Below, in pieces: positions 24,504 through 29,896 of a stretch of 29,896 nt of DNA; within the stretch, counting starts at the first letter, position 1; every line of letters starts with the position of its first letter. Source of the DNA: Priapulus caudatus. Taxonomy: Eukaryota. The notes under the pieces are model-generated. The model did not search any database. It saw nothing but the letters and a program-made list of their open reading frames with translations, and was not told where the DNA came from. The stretch is from positions 315,670-345,565 of the forward strand of contig NW_014577069.1 of NCBI RefSeq assembly GCF_000485595.1. The letters run 5' to 3'. The position numbers were made by a program, and so were the translations under genes.

Positions 24504-24692
24504 CCTAGCTTTCTGCTTGAGAAGCTCAAGAATCTTGGCGGCTGGATAGAGAAACTGCTTGCAGAAGCCGACTGTGTTCCCATGGAAATTCTCAGTCAAC
24601 AGATGCTGAAGCCTAGTGGACAGGGTGTCGAGGGCTGGCGTCGGGTAGAGGGGCCCCAGCACTCTCTCCACGTGTGTGCGCAAGTCGGATGC
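24504..24692 (-). CDS. Internal coding exon (63 aa) resembling the N-terminal domain of the ARHGEF40 (Solo)/PLEKHG4B/KIAA1755 family
   Basis: Acceptor tttctgttttgcag|GCA, donor AGG|gtaagt, 189 nt, phase 0/0. ASDLRTHVERVLGPLYPTPALDTLSTRLQHLLTENFHGNTVGFCKQFLYPAAKILELLKQKAR matches the recalled family pattern L..LYP....F.G......FL.PA..L...... Family assignment is from memory, not from a search. Confidence 0.85.
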
Positions 24693-24736
24693 CTGCAAAA
24701 CAGAAAGAAAGTACACATTAACATGTTAATGTCAAT

Positions 24737-24821
24737 GGGAATGAGAAATGACATTTGAGAAATGAGAAATGAGAAATGACATTGATAAATGAGAAATGAC
24801 ATTTGTCATTATTAACTCCTG
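24737..24821. mobile_element. One-armed remnant of the CAGGAGTGAAT family with (GAGAAAT)n repeats
   Basis: catttgtcattattaactcctg matches the right TIR of 11429-11505 at 21 of 22 positions; the left TIR is not found. Confidence 0.55.
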
Positions 24822-24938
24822 GTTATTTAATTACTAAACCCTTATCCGAGCAATTACGATTGTCACTAATGACTCCCGATCATCTTAACCCGACCCCCCA
24901 CACACATCCCACCCTACCACCCCACCGCCCGCTCACCT

Positions 24939-25365
24939 CGGACAAACGGACGCACGTACACACGCACGGACGCAATTACGTATGCACGAACGCACGGACA
25001 GACGAACGCACGGACAAACGGACGCACGTACACACGCACGCACGCACGTACGTATGCACGAACGCACGGACAGACGAACGCACGGACAAACGGACGCACG
25101 TACACACGCACGCACGCACGTACGTATGCACGAACGCACGGACAGACGAACGCACGGACAAACGGACGCACGTACACACGCACGCACGCACGTACACACG
25201 CACGCACGCACGTACGTATGCACGAACGCACGGACGCGGACGGACGAACGGACGCACGTACACACGCACGCACGCACGTACGTATGCACGAACGCACGGA
25301 CAGACGGACGCACGCACGCACACACGGACGGACGAACGCGCACACGCACGCACACGCATGCGCGT
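24939..25365. repeat. (CACG/GACG) satellite with a 72-bp higher-order unit
   Basis: cggacaaacggacgcacg recurs at 24939, 25011, 25083 and 25155. Confidence 0.9.
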
Positions 25366-25655
25366 ACACTCGTAAATATTGATGAGTATAGTAAGAACAG
25401 TATACGTGCCGGCCAGCCGACGTTTCAGCGGCGTGTACATGCAGCAGACATGCTTTGCGGCTATCTACGCGGCTGGCTGAGTGGCCCAGTTGTGTTTCGC
25501 CACTGGCGGCATCGCGCGCGACGAGCAGGCGAAGAACACGAATAAAGAATCCCGTTACAGCGCGACGACGACGACGACGACGGATCTCGTCTAATTCCGT
25601 CGCCGAACAAAACGCGCGATGCACTGCCGTACTCTTCAAACGAGCGAGCGAGCGA

Positions 25656-25727
25656 GCGAGCGAGCAGCGCTGTGAGAGAGCTTCACGCGATGCGAGCGAG
25701 CAGCGCTGTAAGAGAGCTTCACGCGAT
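25656..25727. repeat. 36-bp tandem duplication after a (CGAG)n run
   Basis: gcgagcgagcagcgctgtRagagagcttcacgcgat twice. Confidence 0.9.
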
Positions 25728-25759
25728 GCGATTTCCCCCACCCCCCGCGCGCGCGCCGG

Positions 25760-26130
25760 TTTTTAGCTCACATTGACATCGTCAAGATGAGCTATTACCA
25801 TGGAGCGTCGTCCGTCGTACGTCCGTCCGTCCGTCAACATTTGGCTACGGTCAATGATAACTTGATATGGATATTTTTTTTAAATTATGCAAATTAGGTA
25901 GATTTTGGCAATTTCACTATGCATTTCAGTGTCTGTCTACGGTCAACGATAACTCAAGAACCGTTTGATCCACATGTTTCAAATTGCATACAGTTGTTAC
26001 TACAATGGGAGAGAGTTGAACGTCCTATTTTGGAGCACGCCAGTCGACCTACTTTTGGCAAAAATGAAAATGGCCATCTAGATTCATTCGATTTTGTTAA
26101 ATTTACCTACCTACCTACCTACCTACGTGT
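25760..26130 (+). mobile_element. Non-autonomous Helentron-associated (HINE/DINE-1/CvA-like) element, 5' part
   Basis: Starts tttttagctcac ... atgagcta (short inverted repeat), followed by a (GTCC)n microsatellite and an internally repeated ctacggtcaaYgataact. The 3' end is not identified, so the end coordinate is approximate. Confidence 0.65.
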
Positions 26131-27007
26131 AATATTGTGTTTTAGATTCTTCGTTACAGTAATTTGACTGGAATATTTTAGTGCTTTTATTTGCCCGATA
26201 ATCGAAAACCAAAATGGCGATCATTTAGGCGTAGCGCCATCTCTCACCCAGATTTCAGACTTTCAGATCTGAAACATTTATTTTCGCATCAAAACTAACC
26301 CTGAAACAAAACAGTAAAATTTTCTATTAGTATAAAACAGGGAATAAGGACATTTGATCACATTTCGGTTCGTCATAAATCAAACACTTACCAAATTTGA
26401 AATATGATCTCCCTCTTCTATCACACCCAAGGTTGTATTTAAACATTTACTAGATTGACACTGTCATTCGTAATTCCAGCCGTCCATCCATCCATCCACG
26501 CGTCCAGCACGCACCTCCCGCCTGGCGGGGTGGTCGGGGTAGGATGGGAGGGGAGGGGAGGGGAGGGGAGGTGAGGGGAGTGGGGAGAAAATGGAGGGGA
26601 AGGAGAGGGGAGAGGATGCTGCCGCGGGGGGATGCTGCGGCGGACTGACTGGTTGCCATCGAGCGCCGCCCCCGCATCTCCGCGGAGAAGCGCAGACGTG
26701 AGATGCTCGGCTCGTCGTCGGCGGTCGGTCTTATTGATCAGGCGACGGGCGCTGTCGCTCACGCGCGGCCGTCGGCAGTGGTCGCATCGTCGTCGCTGCG
26801 GCTTTGCGTTGTGCAGCGTCACATTTATTGACCGATGGCGACCGACACGTATAAGGTGTTGAAACTGTATATATGGAGAGAGGGGGAGAATAGGGGAGAA
26901 AGGAAGGAAGATGGGAGTAGGAGATGGAGACGACGGAGAAGGGTCGGTAGAGGGAGGAAGAATAGGTGTAAGAGGAAGCTGGACCTATATATATATATGT
27001 ATTATAT

Positions 27008-27142
27008 CAGTGCTCGAAATAAGAAAAAAAATGTGGTTGTCCTGCGGACAACCCAGGCATCAAATCGGGTTGTCCGCAACAATTTCTGGTTGTCCCAAAA
27101 AAATATCCCCAAATCTCCTATTTTCAATCACATAATAATATG
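27008..27142. mobile_element. Probable terminus of a TIR DNA transposon running into the gap
   Basis: cagtgctcgaaataa start, then repeated subterminal ggttgtcc (three times) and one inverted ggacaacc. The other end is not visible. Confidence 0.4.
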
Positions 27143-28102
27143 NNNNNNNNNNNNNNNNNNNNNNNNNNNNNNNNNNNNNNNNNNNNNNNNNNNNNNNNNN
27201 NNNNNNNNNNNNNNNNNNNNNNNNNNNNNNNNNNNNNNNNNNNNNNNNNNNNNNNNNNNNNNNNNNNNNNNNNNNNNNNNNNNNNNNNNNNNNNNNNNNN
27301 NNNNNNNNNNNNNNNNNNNNNNNNNNNNNNNNNNNNNNNNNNNNNNNNNNNNNNNNNNNNNNNNNNNNNNNNNNNNNNNNNNNNNNNNNNNNNNNNNNNN
27401 NNNNNNNNNNNNNNNNNNNNNNNNNNNNNNNNNNNNNNNNNNNNNNNNNNNNNNNNNNNNNNNNNNNNNNNNNNNNNNNNNNNNNNNNNNNNNNNNNNNN
27501 NNNNNNNNNNNNNNNNNNNNNNNNNNNNNNNNNNNNNNNNNNNNNNNNNNNNNNNNNNNNNNNNNNNNNNNNNNNNNNNNNNNNNNNNNNNNNNNNNNNN
27601 NNNNNNNNNNNNNNNNNNNNNNNNNNNNNNNNNNNNNNNNNNNNNNNNNNNNNNNNNNNNNNNNNNNNNNNNNNNNNNNNNNNNNNNNNNNNNNNNNNNN
27701 NNNNNNNNNNNNNNNNNNNNNNNNNNNNNNNNNNNNNNNNNNNNNNNNNNNNNNNNNNNNNNNNNNNNNNNNNNNNNNNNNNNNNNNNNNNNNNNNNNNN
27801 NNNNNNNNNNNNNNNNNNNNNNNNNNNNNNNNNNNNNNNNNNNNNNNNNNNNNNNNNNNNNNNNNNNNNNNNNNNNNNNNNNNNNNNNNNNNNNNNNNNN
27901 NNNNNNNNNNNNNNNNNNNNNNNNNNNNNNNNNNNNNNNNNNNNNNNNNNNNNNNNNNNNNNNNNNNNNNNNNNNNNNNNNNNNNNNNNNNNNNNNNNNN
28001 NNNNNNNNNNNNNNNNNNNNNNNNNNNNNNNNNNNNNNNNNNNNNNNNNNNNNNNNNNNNNNNNNNNNNNNNNNNNNNNNNNNNNNNNNNNNNNNNNNNN
28101 NN
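27143..28102. other. Assembly gap
   Basis: Run of N. Confidence 1.
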
Positions 28103-28690
28103 CATAATAGCAAGTTAATAGAGATTATGTATTATGTATACAGATTAGATTTAGAGATATCTATTATATGTACTCTTGATATATAATGTAGTGTCTGTCG
28201 GCTACGATGCGTAGCGCCTGCCAGCTACACCGTTCCCGTGTCCTCACTGTACACTGCCCAAGTATTCACGTCCAGTACAGTCCACCTGGGGTTTAGAATA
28301 ACAATATTATTTGGACGTGGAAACGACGAACGAACGAACGAACGAACGAACGAACTCTTAGTCGCGAGGTGCATCCGTGTTTCAAGTTGTGTCATTGCGC
28401 AGGGCGTTTGAGGTGTTGGCATATTATAGGATGGCATATATGGGTATGATGTCAGGATTCTCTGCGTATATATATATATATATATATATGCCCGCATGAC
28501 TGAGTTATTGTGTAAATCGCATGTCTGCTCCGACGTGTAACAATGCCAACGTGCAGTGAAGGATACCAACTGTTTTGTCATAATTGCGAGGCAAATTGGA
28601 GAGAATAAATTCCTGTAAAGGATATCCCTCGGTATGGGTAAGGGCAGGGACAGGAAAAAGGGCATGTGGGGGTAAGGGTAAGGGTAAGGG
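28103..28690. repeat. Inverted duplicate of 23670-24295
   Basis: Begins exactly at the contig start with the reverse complement of sequence ending at 24295. Confidence 0.9.
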
Positions 28691-29519
28691 TAAGGGCAGG
28701 AGAATGGGTTTTCGGGGGTAGGAGTAGCAGTAGAGGCAGGAGAAGGGGTCTTTGGGGGCAGGGGTAGAGACAGGGGCAGTCAGAGTTAGAAACATAACAA
28801 GAAAAGGAGGAATGTTTAAATACTAACGAGAGAGGGAGGTTTCCCACGGAATAAGGGCACTTCATATTTATATAGAGCATATTTTATGCGTTACACGTAG
28901 CCACCTGCATTGCATCCCGGTGTGCTCACGTGTATACACAAACCATTCCCGGGTTCGTCTTATGTATGGCTGTGAAAGCAGGAACGAGCCATCCGATTGT
29001 ACGTGCGACACCCACATTTACATTTGTAATTCACGTCCTTATCCAGTTTATTGTGTAGCGCATAGTAAAAACGTCCCGTGAACACAGTCTTGTTGTGATA
29101 ATGACCGTTCTCCACTAAATTGGATACGTAACAGCAAGTCTATAAACCAGCCATCGGCGTGCTGCACCTGTACACTTACAGAAGTAATGTGTTGTTTTAT
29201 TACAGGCCTCTCCATTACTCAAGTATTCCTGAGTGCATACTCATGGTTTACGTTCGCTGACACAGTTTCTCACTGGTTAGCAGTTTAGTGTAGTGTCGAC
29301 AGTATAGCTGCACGAATGATAATAATTTCGTATACTTCTCGTGCTGAACGTGATGATGATACCTGTAGGATTACTTGTACTATAGTATCAAGAACACGTA
29401 ACGTAAGCTATTACAGTTTATATGTTCTTGCCAGTATCATTAAAACACGTTTTCATGAATCCCTAATATATAATATATACTAGTGTTATCGTACATACAC
29501 ACACGGTCGCACGCACGCA

Positions 29520-29896
29520 GGCACAGACACGTACGCACGCACGCACGGACGCACGTACGTATGCACGAACGCACGGACAGACGGACGCACGTACACACGC
29601 ACGCACGCACGTACGTATGCACGAACGCACAGACAGACGCACGCACGCACGCACGGACGCACGTACGTATGCACGAACGCACGGACAGACGAACGCACGG
29701 ACAGACGCACGCACGCACGCACACACGGACAGACGAACGCGCACACGCACGCACACGCATGCGCGTACACTCGTAAATATTGATGAGTATAGTAAGAACA
29801 GTATACGTGCAGCAGACATGCTTTGCGGCTATCTACGCGGCTGGCTGAGTGGCCCAGTTGTGTTTCGCCACTGGCGGCATCGCGCGCGACGAGCAG
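29520..29896. repeat. Direct copy of about 25200-25528 (satellite plus unique GC-rich tail), running off the window
   Basis: The unique tail is identical except for a 33-bp deletion bounded by tgc microhomology. Confidence 0.9.

Noticed and set aside
26392..26446. Minus-strand ATG...TTG|gtaagt segment (MFKYNLGCDRRGRSYFKF)
   Set aside because: Strong donor, but it ends in phase 1, which is incompatible with the phase-0 common exon.
22666..28186. Long ORFs of 280-430 aa
   Set aside because: They consist mostly of X residues from the N gaps.
29189..29232. Acceptor-like ttgttttattacag| downstream of the common exon in the corrected orientation
   Set aside because: Phase-0 reading gives ASPLLKYS-stop with no family similarity; it cannot be supported without transcripts.

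Overview
Repeat-rich animal genomic scaffold (invertebrate, probably lophotrochozoan; this is inferred from the repeat types only). It consists of three contigs separated by N gaps at 22785-23555 and 27143-28102. There is no prokaryotic system, CRISPR array or RNA gene, and nearly all listed ORFs are microsatellite or gap artefacts. One recognisable coding exon (24504-24692, minus strand, 189 nt, phase 0/0) resembles the N-terminal domain of the ARHGEF40/PLEKHG4B/KIAA1755 family. On the plus strand, the first 20 kb carries about ten short ATG-initiated segments that end in phase 0 at GT donors, three of them literally ATG|GTATGT, plus one clean 60-nt internal exon. These look like an array of alternative first exons feeding that common exon. 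The strand conflict is resolved if the middle contig is flipped in the assembly: its left end is a reverse-complement, indel-rich copy of the start of the third contig. The introns also hold many very small palindromic MITE-like insertions (36-97 bp), several with exact 7- or 8-bp target-site duplications.
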